64,000 nucleotides of DNA, taken from the NCBI GenBank assembly GCA_048939625.1, contig JBHLPH010000002.1:1-64000 (forward strand), given 5' to 3'. The notes under the pieces are model-generated. The model saw nothing but the letters and a program-made list of their open reading frames with translations, did no database searches and had not been told where the DNA came from. This stretch comes from Promethearchaeota archaeon (lineage in GTDB: Archaea; Asgardarchaeota; Hermodarchaeia; Hermodarchaeales; Hermodarchaeaceae). Positions within the stretch are counted from its first letter, which is position 1. Each line of letters begins with the position of its first letter. A program made the position numbers and the translations under genes. This document shows positions 1-9,823 of the stretch, piece by piece.

Positions 1-117
1 ATCGACTTGGGTCGCGTCGTCAAAATAAACAAACCCTCAGTTCGAGTGCGCTATGAGCTTCAGGAGATCGGTAAACCCACTCTAGACGATGTATTCAAAG
101 ATTTCCCAAAGTCTTAG
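1..117 (+). CDS. 3' end of a CDS truncated by the window edge (IDLGRVVKINKPSVRVRYELQEIGKPTLDDVFKDFPKS*)
   Basis: Frame 1 is open from base 1 to TAG at 115-117; it converges on and overlaps the stop of the next gene by 4 bp. Confidence 0.5.
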   Translation: MDLGRVVKINKPSVRVRYELQEIGKPTLDDVFKDFPKS

Positions 118-1052
118 ACTTGAGTGATTCGTAGTCCACGAAGTGAGAGCCAAGGGCTTCCCACATTGGGTCCACGTTGAGGAGGCAATATTTTGATGGG
201 CCAGTGCTTTAGAATATATTGTGGTTTCCACGTCACTCCATTGATGCAGGATGAGCCGATCACTTCAAGGGATCTATTAAGAACCTTATGCTGTGTGATG
301 CCACTTTCTACTAAGGCTTGAGCAGCTTCGAAGATACTGCTTTGGTAGGAGCGGAAGTAGCCATATTTGAACCAGTTCTTATTTGGCTCTGGATATCGCC
401 GAGGATAATTCGCTGTAGCTAGTTCATGGGCAAGAAGGAAGTCTTGGATATTCTTGACAGACTGCTGATAATTCTTGGTCCGCCAATTTGTGGGGTATTC
501 ATTCAGCCAGCGAAGAGTGTGGACCATGACATAAGCGCAGGGATTTCCGTCAGTCCGGACGTGGCATTCTCCTTCGTGGTCAAGATTCCTTTCGAGATAT
601 TCCTCACAGGCTTGTTCGACTCGTTGATCGTCTGCAAATCCAAGGGCTAGCACCGCACGAAGGAATTTTGTGTTAGCACATTGATTGACTTTCCCACTGC
701 TTGCTATGAAAGCACCACCACGACGTGGATAGGTTGTGAAGGCATGGTCAATAGCATCAACAAGTTCAGGAATTTTGGTGCCATTGAGGCCAAGATAACC
801 AAAGAAGGAGAGGACTTCTTGGAAGCTTAGGAAGGTGCGTTTGCGATTCTTCTCAATCCATGAACCCATGCCTTTTTGTAACAGAGGTAGCACCCTCTTT
901 TGCTGTTGAAGAAAAACTGACCCTGAAATAGAAACGCCTGTAATGTCGCGTAGGAAAAGAAGCTTCACAAATTCCGAAATTTCAGGGATATCATAGTTTG
1001 TAACGTATTCTTTGGCTAGTCCAGGAGTAAAATTTGGAATCATTGGAGACAT
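114..1052 (-). CDS. Hypothetical protein, possibly prenyltransferase/terpene-cyclase-like alpha-barrel family
   Basis: 312-aa ORF; the C-terminal NWFKYGYFRSYQSSIFEAAQAL and SPWLSLRGL segments resemble an uncharacterised alpha/alpha-barrel family; function unclear. Confidence 0.55.
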   Translation of the reverse strand: MSPMIPNFTPGLAKEYVTNYDIPEISEFVKLLFLRDITGVSISGSVFLQQQKRVLPLLQKGMGSWIEKNRKRTFLSFQEVLSFFGYLGLNGTKIPELVDAIDHAFTTYPRRGGAFIASSGKVNQCANTKFLRAVLALGFADDQRVEQACEEYLERNLDHEGECHVRTDGNPCAYVMVHTLRWLNEYPTNWRTKNYQQSVKNIQDFLLAHELATANYPRRYPEPNKNWFKYGYFRSYQSSIFEAAQALVESGITQHKVLNRSLEVIGSSCINGVTWKPQYILKHWPIKILPPQRGPNVGSPWLSLRGLRITQV

Positions 1053-1200
1053 GGCTAGTCCTTAGAAAAGTGAGTTATAGAGAATTAATTTTGCTATCTT
1101 ATTATGTTTAGCGTGTTCACTATTTTGATTCGCTCTCGTTAATTCATTGGGTTTTTGAAGTATAATGGAAGATGAGGGAATCAGAATCGGTGAGATTAAA

Positions 1201-1758
1201 ATGAATCAAACCAATGAAATGGCACTTGCCACTTTGGGCGGTGGATGCTTTTGGTGTACCGAGGCAGTGTTTCTTCGATTGAAGGGTGTGCATAAAGTTG
1301 CCTCAGGATATTCTGGAGGAACTGCTGAAACAGCCACCTACAAACAAGTGAGTACAGGACGAACTGGACATGTTGAAGTAATCCAGATCACCTATGATTC
1401 TGCTATGATTACATTTCGAGAAGTACTTGAGGTGTTCTTTGCTACACATGATCCAACGACCTTGAATCGTCAAGGAAATGATGTTGGGACGCAATACCGT
1501 TCGGTCATTTTCTATCATGATGAAAAGCAAAAAGCTGTTGCTGAGGAAGTAATTAAGAACCTCGAAAAATCAGGTAAATACTCTAGACCGATTGTAACTG
1601 CCATTGAACCTTTTGAAGCCTTTTATGAAGCAGAAGCCTATCATCAGAACTTTTTTGCCCGAAATCCCAACCAAGCATATGCGAGAGCTGTGATTCCACC
1701 TAAACTATCGAAGCTGGAAAAAGGGTTCGCGGAGAAATTGAAGAGCGACGTTGAGTAA
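1201..1758 (+). CDS. msrA: Peptide-methionine (S)-S-oxide reductase MsrA
   Basis: GGGCFWC active site, GHVE, HDPTTLNRQGNDVGTQYRS, AEAYHQNF; ATG at 1201 follows a GGTGA SD-like motif (ORF is open from 1165). Confidence 0.95.
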   Translation: MNQTNEMALATLGGGCFWCTEAVFLRLKGVHKVASGYSGGTAETATYKQVSTGRTGHVEVIQITYDSAMITFREVLEVFFATHDPTTLNRQGNDVGTQYRSVIFYHDEKQKAVAEEVIKNLEKSGKYSRPIVTAIEPFEAFYEAEAYHQNFFARNPNQAYARAVIPPKLSKLEKGFAEKLKSDVE

Positions 1759-1783
1759 GGTCGCAGCCCTTGTGAATCATTTA

Positions 1784-2635
1784 TCACTCGTGGCGTTGCT
1801 TCTTAGGCAAAAGCTTGCTAAACGCCTGAGAGACCAGTTGTTTAGGACCTTCAATATCTCCGACGATATTGATTTTCTTTAGGTTGATTTCGCCTAGCTT
1901 CCTTCGTAAGGCTTCCTTTAATACTGGCATCTCGAGTGGATTGAAACCCATTAGGTGCATCCCAACTGCCTCGACAGCGAAGGCGTCTTTTCCAACGATG
2001 AGTTGATTAGGGGATATTGTGATGCGTTTCTTCTTCCAGCCGAGAAATGCATGTGTTGCATCGATGACCGCGAGGTCGATACCGCCCACAGCTTCATACA
2101 TATCTAAGAGTGCGGTGGCTAATTGATCATGGAATCTATGTTTGCTCGTATCTAGAACTAAGCCTAAGAGATTCTTGATGACAAAACCCATGTTCATCAG
2201 ATCCTCAAGTCCAGCCTGTTCATAGCGCCGTGGAACATGGGTACTGATGAAGGTCTTCGGCTCCAGCAGTGTATGAGCAAAGGGAATCTTTTCTCCCGCA
2301 ACATCTACCAGGGTAACCTGTTCATCTTCTGAAAGATTGAATGGCGTTGCTCTTTCTGTATAGCAGTCATTCCAGACCTCTAATCGTTTCAACCCCGGAC
2401 CTGCGCCACTATCTGATTCCGCGATTAAAATCTCAGGGACTTGATCGAAAGCATTGATGATTGCATTCACTGTCTTTACGGTGGAACAAATTCCGGTCTT
2501 CGGATTATAGATACCCACCTTTACTATAGCTCTTCGATCTGGAGCATTTAGCTCGTTTAGCCCGCCGATGATTTCTATGGCTTTGCCAAATGAATTTGTA
2601 TCAACGACTGCAACAGTGGTCATCGACATAACCAA
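1784..2635 (-). CDS. DUF362-family protein
   Basis: IAESD, KNLLG and D-x-x-AVE...MG...P-x-L pattern typical of DUF362. Confidence 0.65.
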   Translation of the reverse strand: MVMSMTTVAVVDTNSFGKAIEIIGGLNELNAPDRRAIVKVGIYNPKTGICSTVKTVNAIINAFDQVPEILIAESDSGAGPGLKRLEVWNDCYTERATPFNLSEDEQVTLVDVAGEKIPFAHTLLEPKTFISTHVPRRYEQAGLEDLMNMGFVIKNLLGLVLDTSKHRFHDQLATALLDMYEAVGGIDLAVIDATHAFLGWKKKRITISPNQLIVGKDAFAVEAVGMHLMGFNPLEMPVLKEALRRKLGEINLKKINIVGDIEGPKQLVSQAFSKLLPKKQRHE

Positions 2636-2649
2636 CCAGCATTTGTATC

Positions 2650-3591
2650 CTAGGCAGCAAAGGATTTTTTGAGTATTATTTCGAACATTTGAAGTTCAGG
2701 TCGCATTTCAGCGAAGTTAATGGCGATTGGGGCGTTTGTTGAGAAAAAGAAGTTGGTTCGTAGCGGTATATCACTCCAACCGGCAGTTTTCATCTCTTTG
2801 GCAATTTCGACCACTAATCGCTTCCACGCGTATTGGTAACCGGGTCTGATTGCGGTGAACCGCATTATAACCCGTGGTTCATCTGCGATGAGGAAGAGCT
2901 GATCGGGTTCAATTTTGAGGGGTGCACTAGCGGCTATCACTTTCTCTTTATCAAATAGGAGTACCGCATGACCATCTTTTAGTACACGGTCCTTGAAGTA
3001 ACTCTCGCGAGCTTCTTCGGTTTGAAATTCTCCTGAAAGCGTGGGATCCAGCTTGGATATTTCATATAGGTATTTGAGGTCCTTATTAGTGGCTTCGCGA
3101 CTTGTCAAAGTTGTGAGTTCTTTTCCTAGCTTCCATGAACCAATCTCTTTGACAGTAAAATCGAGAAGGTAACGGTAGAGCCGTTCATCTTCTTCAAAGC
3201 CTTTTTCTTGCCAGTAGGCAAGTTGTTGTTTGGCGATTTTCGCTGAAAGAACAACGGTTGTTGCAATTTCTTCAGTTTCCTTCCTCTTTTTTAAGAATGC
3301 GAATAAATCGTCAAATAACTTAGCTTGGACATCAGGAGGAGCACCGGGCATAGTCCAGGGGTATCCGATGTAGGTTCGTCCTTTTTCGCTGGTTGAATCC
3401 CGTGATGTGATATAGGCGAGAGGGTCGCCGTTTTCCTTTAGGGCGTAGCGAGTCATTTTGGGATCGCGGCTCATGTTTCGAGCTCGAATCTGCTCAGCCC
3501 GGACTGGGAGGCCAGATGCTTCTGTGTAGATTTTTGCTTGGATGTCTTCGAGCCCTTGGTCGGGCTCCCAGTGACGATATACGATTTTCAA
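2650..3591 (-). CDS. Hypothetical protein, probable tandem GNAT-like fold
   Basis: 313-aa ORF with TTG start; two repeats of a GNAT-like beta/alpha pattern (IVYRHW..., YWQEKGF; SREATNKD...). Confidence 0.55.
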   Translation of the reverse strand: MKIVYRHWEPDQGLEDIQAKIYTEASGLPVRAEQIRARNMSRDPKMTRYALKENGDPLAYITSRDSTSEKGRTYIGYPWTMPGAPPDVQAKLFDDLFAFLKKRKETEEIATTVVLSAKIAKQQLAYWQEKGFEEDERLYRYLLDFTVKEIGSWKLGKELTTLTSREATNKDLKYLYEISKLDPTLSGEFQTEEARESYFKDRVLKDGHAVLLFDKEKVIAASAPLKIEPDQLFLIADEPRVIMRFTAIRPGYQYAWKRLVVEIAKEMKTAGWSDIPLRTNFFFSTNAPIAINFAEMRPELQMFEIILKKSFAA

Positions 3592-3702
3592 AAGGAATCA
3601 TCTCCATTAAAACGAGCTGTAATGTTCTCGTTTAATGAGAATGTTAGTACATAATGTAATATTTAATTCTTGTTATATTAGACCATTAAGGCCGCTGCTA
3701 GC

Positions 3703-5571
3703 TTAAATGCGTTCTAGGGGTTCTATTCCTAGAAGTTCTAAGGCGTTGGAGAGAACCTGGCGACACAGATCGACAAGGAGTAGCCGAGCATTTTTGAGGG
3801 CAGACGTGTCTGCTTTTAAGACAGGGCAGTGATTGTAGAAAGAGTTGAAAGCCACACATAAAGCATGGGCGTATTCGGCTAGATGGAACAGCTCGATGCG
3901 GGTGCCCCAGACTTCGCGTTTTATGCCTTGAACGATTTCGAGAATAATAGCAGGGAAGCGGCCCAAGAGTTTGATAAGTTCTGTTTCATAGGGGTTAGTT
4001 AGCTCACTGAGTCGGGCTTTAGTTGGAGCTGGTTCTTTGTTAAGAATTGAGCTGGCGCGAGCGTGGGTGTACATGAGATAGGGGGCAGCATTGCCTTCGA
4101 AATTGAGCATGTCTTCCCATCGGAAGACAATCTGTTTTTCGACTGCTACTTTCAGGAGCGCATACCGGACGGATGCAGAACCTATGGCTTCGGCTACTTG
4201 TCGGAGGAACTTGGCATTAGCAGCAGGGTTTCGTTCTTTTACTTCTTTGCGGGCTCGTCGTGTGGCTTCGCGGATGACATCGTCGGTGCTGACTCCAATC
4301 CATGTGCCTTTTCTTCCGGAGAATCGGGTGTCGGGGAGGGTGACGAATTCATATGCGAGGTGATAGTAGTTAGAGGAAGCCTGTTCGTAGCCTAAGGTTT
4401 GAAGGGTGAGATAGACGGTTCGTTGGGCTTGATTTTGGGGCATACCGATGACGTTGTAGATAATATCAGCAGGATGATAATGTCCAGTTTCGCCCTTTTG
4501 GGTGGTTGTCCAGATAGTGCCTTCTTTGGCTTTAGGGCTTTTAAAGGGCGCGTAGTTGAACGGGTCTTTAATGATACCAAATTTCCAGAAGTGGAACGCG
4601 ATGTCCTTGCCTGTATACGTAGCGACGCCGTCGGAGCGAACAAGCACTTTATCTGTGTCTTTGAGTTGTTGAAATTCTTCGTAACTGCTGAGATCAACAA
4701 TGACACAGCCAGCCTTCTCGCCTGTGGCGGGTTTTGTAGTTGTGGGAGCCCCAAGCATTTTTTCCAGAGCTTCAGCAAACAAACCAGAGTGGGCAATATT
4801 ACTTTCCCAGACGAGTAAATCATGATGAACGTTGAGTTTTAAGTGGGTTTTATGGTGGGCGCGAAGGACCCGTTCAGACATCTTACGGACTTCGGTGGCA
4901 ACTTTGTTGTTACCTTGTTCCATTAATTTGAGATACTTGCGGACTTGGGATTCATCGTATTTTTCTTGAGCATCCACGTATAACCGCCCAATGACTTGAT
5001 CGTATTTGCCTTTGTATTTCGTGGCATCCAAGTGTTTTAGGGCCCAATATGCTACGGCGATTTGAAGTCCAAGATCATTTATGTAGTCCATTCGAGTGAC
5101 TTCGTATCCAACGGCATGTAGCAGTCGTGTTGTGGTATCCCCTAGAACAGCATTCCGGGCATGCCCGATGTGCAATGGGTTATTCGGATTCACAGCAGGG
5201 TATTCAACTACGACGTGTTTACCGGCGAATTTCGTTGATTTCCCATAGCCCTCATGTGTCTTTTTGATGGCATCAACAACGAGTCGACGATAGGGAATAA
5301 TGTTGATATAGAAATTCACATAGGGTCCTTGAGCAACGACTTGTTCTATCAAGGGAAAACGTGATGGATCGAATACTGCGAGATCTTTTGCAATTTCAGC
5401 AGGGCTCTTCTTATGTTGCTGAGCCAGATGAAATGCTGCTGTACAGGCGAGATCTCCGTGATGGGGTTCGGCAGGGAGTTCGAGGTACTGACTTAGGTCT
5501 TGACCACTGGCAAGTCGAAGCGCTTCAGTGACCTGTTTTTCAAACTCTGCCCAAGGATTTTCAACTTTCAC
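3703..5571 (-). CDS. argS: Arginine--tRNA ligase
   Basis: NPNNPLHIGHARN (HIGH motif), YINDLGLQ, RSDGVATY, FSGRKG, FEGNAAPYLMYTHARASSIL and DALR C-terminus; GTG start. Confidence 0.97.
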   Translation of the reverse strand: MKVENPWAEFEKQVTEALRLASGQDLSQYLELPAEPHHGDLACTAAFHLAQQHKKSPAEIAKDLAVFDPSRFPLIEQVVAQGPYVNFYINIIPYRRLVVDAIKKTHEGYGKSTKFAGKHVVVEYPAVNPNNPLHIGHARNAVLGDTTTRLLHAVGYEVTRMDYINDLGLQIAVAYWALKHLDATKYKGKYDQVIGRLYVDAQEKYDESQVRKYLKLMEQGNNKVATEVRKMSERVLRAHHKTHLKLNVHHDLLVWESNIAHSGLFAEALEKMLGAPTTTKPATGEKAGCVIVDLSSYEEFQQLKDTDKVLVRSDGVATYTGKDIAFHFWKFGIIKDPFNYAPFKSPKAKEGTIWTTTQKGETGHYHPADIIYNVIGMPQNQAQRTVYLTLQTLGYEQASSNYYHLAYEFVTLPDTRFSGRKGTWIGVSTDDVIREATRRARKEVKERNPAANAKFLRQVAEAIGSASVRYALLKVAVEKQIVFRWEDMLNFEGNAAPYLMYTHARASSILNKEPAPTKARLSELTNPYETELIKLLGRFPAIILEIVQGIKREVWGTRIELFHLAEYAHALCVAFNSFYNHCPVLKADTSALKNARLLLVDLCRQVLSNALELLGIEPLERI

Positions 5572-5662
5572 GGTTATTCGATTCCTGTTGAGAGTACACA
5601 GAGTCAGCCTTTTTTTTTCTTTCGCCAGAGTTTGGATTGGGTCAAAACATCGAAAACCGCAT

Positions 5663-5678
5663 CGAAACGATTAAAATG
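5663..5678 (+). promoter_or_regulatory. Putative BRE/TATA promoter of tRNA-Arg
   Basis: CGAAAC followed by TTAAAA at 5671-5676, about 35 nt upstream of the mature tRNA 5' end. Confidence 0.4.
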
Positions 5679-5709
5679 GGGGAGGTTATAACACGCCTGT
5701 TTCATTTGT

Positions 5710-5785
5710 GGGCCCGTGGCCAAGTGGATACGGCGACAGGCTTCGGACCTGTAGATCCGGGGTTCAAATCCCTGCGGGCCCGCCA
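5710..5785 (+). tRNA. tRNA-Arg (anticodon TCG), intronless, CCA encoded
   Basis: Acceptor stem GGGCCCG/CGGGCCC, discriminator G plus CCA, anticodon arm ACAGG-CTTCGGA-CCTGT, T-loop TTCAAAT; 76 nt. Confidence 0.96.
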
Positions 5786-5965
5786 TTCCTGTTTGAATTA
5801 ATTTTTGCAGGCTACCGTGTAAGGAAAGCTTGCAGCTTCGAGCGCCTGTGAATCTTACTGATGTAGCTCGACCCTTGAACAGCTACTTAGCTTATCAGTC
5901 TCATACACAATGAGGAACGTGTGCTTGAGGACCTTGAAGACTAGTTGTGGAAGTGAAGATTTGCA

Positions 5966-7075
5966 CTACTTAAGAGGTTTAAATCTGTTCTTTAGCTTCT
6001 TCAAGACCTGGGGAAGAGTGGTGTACTCCATGGAGGATGGAGGAAGCCGGTGGGGTTCGAAGGGTCCATGTCGACGAAGATAATCGGTTACATACATGCA
6101 TTGGTCTCGTGTGAGGTCCCAAGCGGGATCATCAAAGACGTCAATGGGTTCTGTTAGTACACCGTTTTTCATACTGAAAGCGAGACCTGTTATACGTGGG
6201 GGACCGTCAAAGCGTGTGCATTGGGAATAGTGGAGGGGCACAGGCATTAGAGGTCCGTTATGACTTCCACGCATCCAGCCAGTTACGAGATGACCAAGGG
6301 CAAAGCCTTCAAGAACTTCTCCTGTTGCAGGGAATCCACTTTGGGCACGAACGATGGCTGCAGGGTCATCTTTGCCGATATATTTTCCAGCGACAGCATA
6401 GAGTTTTTCAGTTGAAATGACTGCACCAATGCCTCGAGATTCGTCTTTGGAATAGACGCGTTTGATGACGTAATCTTCGGTTGAACCAATGAGGGCAAGA
6501 AGGTCATAGGTTTCGGTAGGAGTTTCTAATTTGACCATTTTATCGTTCTTGATGTCAAAGACTTCGAAAATGAAGCCATCGTGCATCTTTGGATCAATGA
6601 TGAGTCCTGCAGTATTGAAAGGGTCGGCAAAAATTCGGTAAATAGGATAATTATAGGCTCCTGGGGCGGTTTTATCTGCTGTAAAGACTACAAAAGGTTC
6701 AGCTGGGCGTTCTTCAAACTCCATTTCTGCAACGCCAGGACCCATTCCTCGGACATTTCCACTGAAAGCTTCTTTCAGGATGTCCTGCCCAGCTCCGTAC
6801 AGTCCACGTTCTTTCGCATTTTGGGCACCTTTCATGAGTGCGTCAAAAGCGGTTTTGTGGATTTCTTCATCATCAATTCCACGAGTGTGGGTCATCAGTA
6901 TCTCACTATCATCGCCCGCATTCCAGATCTTGTAGTCAATGATGAGTCCGGATTGATGGGCTTCGTCGATAGCTTGACAGATGACATCTGTTGTCACATC
7001 ACAGGTTCGAATATGACCGCCAATACTACCAATATCGGCTTTGATTAAACTGACAGTAATTTTCACAGGCTCCAC
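5966..7075 (-). CDS. fbp: Fructose-1,6-bisphosphate aldolase/phosphatase (class V FBPase)
   Basis: IKADIGSIGGH, GDD, LYGAGQD, FSGNVRGMGPG, YIGKDDP, GWMRGSH, RFDGPPR, RHGPFEPHRL, MEYTTLP. Confidence 0.97.
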   Translation of the reverse strand: MEPVKITVSLIKADIGSIGGHIRTCDVTTDVICQAIDEAHQSGLIIDYKIWNAGDDSEILMTHTRGIDDEEIHKTAFDALMKGAQNAKERGLYGAGQDILKEAFSGNVRGMGPGVAEMEFEERPAEPFVVFTADKTAPGAYNYPIYRIFADPFNTAGLIIDPKMHDGFIFEVFDIKNDKMVKLETPTETYDLLALIGSTEDYVIKRVYSKDESRGIGAVISTEKLYAVAGKYIGKDDPAAIVRAQSGFPATGEVLEGFALGHLVTGWMRGSHNGPLMPVPLHYSQCTRFDGPPRITGLAFSMKNGVLTEPIDVFDDPAWDLTRDQCMYVTDYLRRHGPFEPHRLPPSSMEYTTLPQVLKKLKNRFKPLK

Positions 7076-7214
7076 CTACAAAGGGTAACTTTGTGTCAGG
7101 TGTTGGCATGCAACACGTTGAAGGCAGATTATCTTATCACTATTAAATAATTTGGTTTGTGAATGCCCTGAAATTTGAATGGAACATCAATCCTGTGAAG
7201 TATCACTCGGTGTT

Positions 7215-7733
7215 CTATTCACGTAGTTGCTTTAGGTATCTGCGGCTCAGTTCGACATAGACCTTCCAAGTAACTTCCAATTCCTGTAAATCAGTAGGTG
7301 AAAGAGTCCGTACAACCTTGCCTGGCACTCCAACAACTAGGCTTTCAGGGGGAATTTGTTTCCCTGGATTAATCACACTTCCTGCGCCGATAATAGTGTG
7401 ATGTCCGATCTGAACATTGTTTAGGATGACTGCACCAATACCGACGAGTACATTATCATCAATGTTACAGCCGTGTGCAACGGAGTTGTGTCCTAGGGTA
7501 ACACGATTACCAATCTTTGTAGGAAAGCGAAGATCACAGTGTACTGTGCAGTTGTCTTGGATGCTTGAATCAGTGCCAATGGAGATAGTATTATAATCTG
7601 CACGAATTACGGCGTGTTCCCAAACGCTACTTCGTGCTCCAATGGTTGCAGCGCCAATGACGGAAGCGCGGGGTGAAATATAAGCATCTGTTGCGATTTT
7701 TGGTTTCTTATCTTTGTAGGGGATAATGGTCAT
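7215..7733 (-). CDS. Gamma-class carbonic anhydrase family protein (YrdA/PaaY/CaiE-like)
   Basis: Hexapeptide repeats; IRAD, IQDNCTVH and GHNSVAHGC Zn ligands; GVPGK. Confidence 0.92.
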   Translation of the reverse strand: MTIIPYKDKKPKIATDAYISPRASVIGAATIGARSSVWEHAVIRADYNTISIGTDSSIQDNCTVHCDLRFPTKIGNRVTLGHNSVAHGCNIDDNVLVGIGAVILNNVQIGHHTIIGAGSVINPGKQIPPESLVVGVPGKVVRTLSPTDLQELEVTWKVYVELSRRYLKQLRE

Positions 7734-7784
7734 GGGTGCACAACCTCTGTATCTGTGCTGGATGGATACTGCATCCCATAACTG

Positions 7785-8576
7785 TTACTCATTCACTTGA
7801 GCTACAGCGAGAATTGCGGCGCCCAATGCTCCAGTGTATTGCGGGTCTTCAGGAACCCATAAATCGGTGTGAAGTTCTTTCCCTAAATAGTGGCGAAATC
7901 CGGGATTGAGGGCGACGCCCCCGGTGACTGCGACAGGAGGGTTGACTCTGACCCGTTGGGCGAGTGTCGCGATTTTGCTAGCCATGGCTTTATGGACACC
8001 TGCGGCAATATCAGCTGGGTTGTCACCAGCCCCAATGCGTCCAATTACTTCACTTTCAGCGAATACGGTGCAAGTGCTGCTGATGATGGAAGGCGCCTTG
8101 GCTTTGAGGGATAGAGGTCCCAATTCGTTGATGGGTAGTTCAAGGACTTGGGCCATTACTTCGAGGAAACGACCTGTGCCTGCGCTACATTTGTCATTGA
8201 GTTCAAAATCTGTCGGACGTCCGTCCTTGCCGATACGAATGACTTTCGAGTCTTGTCCACCAACATCGATAAGAGTCACGATGTCGGGATTTAGGCTATG
8301 GACTCCCAAGCTATGGCAGGTAATTTCGGTAACAGATTTCATGGCATTGGGGGCTTGACGCCGCCCATATCCCGTGCTAATTGCGGGTATCTTGGTGAGA
8401 TCCTCCTCAGAGAGTGATGCTAGCTCATCAAGGCAGCGTTGTACTGATTTCTGAGCTGAGGCTCCTGTGGCTAATAGGTAGTGGGCTACTACGGTGTGGT
8501 TTTTGTCAAGCAGTACTGCTTTGGTAGTGGTGGATCCTACATCGATACCAATGCCGAGTTTTGCTTCGTTGACCAC
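7785..8576 (-). CDS. Acyl-CoA dehydratase activase (HgdC/BadF/BcrA-D family ASKHA ATPase with [4Fe-4S])
   Basis: GIDVGSTTTK, STGYGR, TEITCH, IDVGGQDSK, NDKCSAGTGRFLE, SSTCTVFAESE. Confidence 0.93.
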   Translation of the reverse strand: MVNEAKLGIGIDVGSTTTKAVLLDKNHTVVAHYLLATGASAQKSVQRCLDELASLSEEDLTKIPAISTGYGRRQAPNAMKSVTEITCHSLGVHSLNPDIVTLIDVGGQDSKVIRIGKDGRPTDFELNDKCSAGTGRFLEVMAQVLELPINELGPLSLKAKAPSIISSTCTVFAESEVIGRIGAGDNPADIAAGVHKAMASKIATLAQRVRVNPPVAVTGGVALNPGFRHYLGKELHTDLWVPEDPQYTGALGAAILAVAQVNE

Positions 8577-8588
8577 AGTTATCGGCTC

Positions 8589-9806
8589 TTATACTATCAT
8601 TTCAAGGAGGGCTTCCACTCTGGTTTCAGCTTGGGCTTCATTATACTGTTGGCTATCAACCATATCGCCTTCGATGATAACGCCTGGTACACCAGTTCGT
8701 CGAGTGATTTCTTCTTTGGTAACCATCTGACCTAATGAATAGCGTTTGCAGGAACGAACTGAGAAGAGGACAAATCCTTCCAAATCATAATCTTTGATAA
8801 GAGAACACATCTTGTCAATTTTGGCAGGGAGACCTTTGTTCAGGTAGACATTTGAATATACCTTAGCAATGCTTTCGATAACTTCGCCTCGAGGGATTTT
8901 CGCTGACCAGGCATGAGTGTAAGAATCCGCTGGGAAGACGACGCCCTGTTTTGCTAAGGTATTGAAGAATTTGTAGATTGTAAACCATGGGGGGATATTG
9001 TCCCAAAGGAGGCGCACCTTTTCGTCGACAATTGCACCAACACCATTTTTCACACGATCCTTGACTTCTGTGAGAAATGCCTGGTAGAAGTTAATGGCTT
9101 GCTGGGTTCCACGTAACGAAACAATGGGTGCCATGGAAAGAAATCGATCAGCACAATTAAGTGGAGAAGGTCTGTTTTTACACGCTTCGAGCGCGCGGGT
9201 CCAGAGGTTCACCGCCTCATTTGATACCTCGGCGACTTGAAGCAATTTGGTTTCATCATACTCTCGATCAAAGGTTTCACTTAGAAAGGTGATGAGTCCT
9301 TCAAGGCTCGATTTGACATAGGCAAGGTGGTGAGGAGGTTGATCTCCTTCAAGCGGTGGCGTATCGACAAGATACACAGGGGCCCCAGTCATTTCAGAGA
9401 CAGCCTCATACCAAGGAAGAACTGTGCCACAAATATTGTTACACGCTAGTAGTGCCTGTGGTGTAGGAAGGCCTGTGAGTGGACTTTGCTCAGGGCGTTG
9501 CACAGAACCAATGCTGGAACGGGCATATGAGCACAGTTCTTGGGAAAAGCCCAGTTCTTCAGCAAATCCGCAGAGGAGGGGACCACATTTATCTGAGCCT
9601 ACAATAGCCCCATATTGTTCTGGATAGGCAGCCGTGACATCGAAGGCAACTGGGATTTCAACTGGGAAGCCGGAAGTGACCCATGCCAATCGCCCTTCTT
9701 GGGAAGCTTGTTTAGTGCTCAGGATGTGTAAAGTCATGGTTTCACGAAGAAGTTTGCTGGTGTTGAGTTTACGGTAGGCTTTTTCTTTGGTTTCTGATGA
9801 CACCAT
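8589..9806 (-). CDS. 2-hydroxyacyl-CoA dehydratase / benzoyl-CoA reductase subunit (HgdA/FldB/BcrB-like)
   Basis: YPE, ELCSYAR, NNICGTV, RSCK and EGDMVD motifs; operonic with the activase. Confidence 0.88.
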   Translation of the reverse strand: MVSSETKEKAYRKLNTSKLLRETMTLHILSTKQASQEGRLAWVTSGFPVEIPVAFDVTAAYPEQYGAIVGSDKCGPLLCGFAEELGFSQELCSYARSSIGSVQRPEQSPLTGLPTPQALLACNNICGTVLPWYEAVSEMTGAPVYLVDTPPLEGDQPPHHLAYVKSSLEGLITFLSETFDREYDETKLLQVAEVSNEAVNLWTRALEACKNRPSPLNCADRFLSMAPIVSLRGTQQAINFYQAFLTEVKDRVKNGVGAIVDEKVRLLWDNIPPWFTIYKFFNTLAKQGVVFPADSYTHAWSAKIPRGEVIESIAKVYSNVYLNKGLPAKIDKMCSLIKDYDLEGFVLFSVRSCKRYSLGQMVTKEEITRRTGVPGVIIEGDMVDSQQYNEAQAETRVEALLEMIV

Positions 9807-9823
9807 TATTCACCTCAACGTAT

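Noticed and set aside
5604-5786. 60-aa minus-strand ORF (MAGPQGFEPR...)
   Set aside because: Antisense translation of the tRNA-Arg gene
5786-5965. Possible integrated element at the tRNA 3' end
   Set aside because: No integrase and no duplicated tRNA 3' end seen in the window; the next gene is housekeeping fbp
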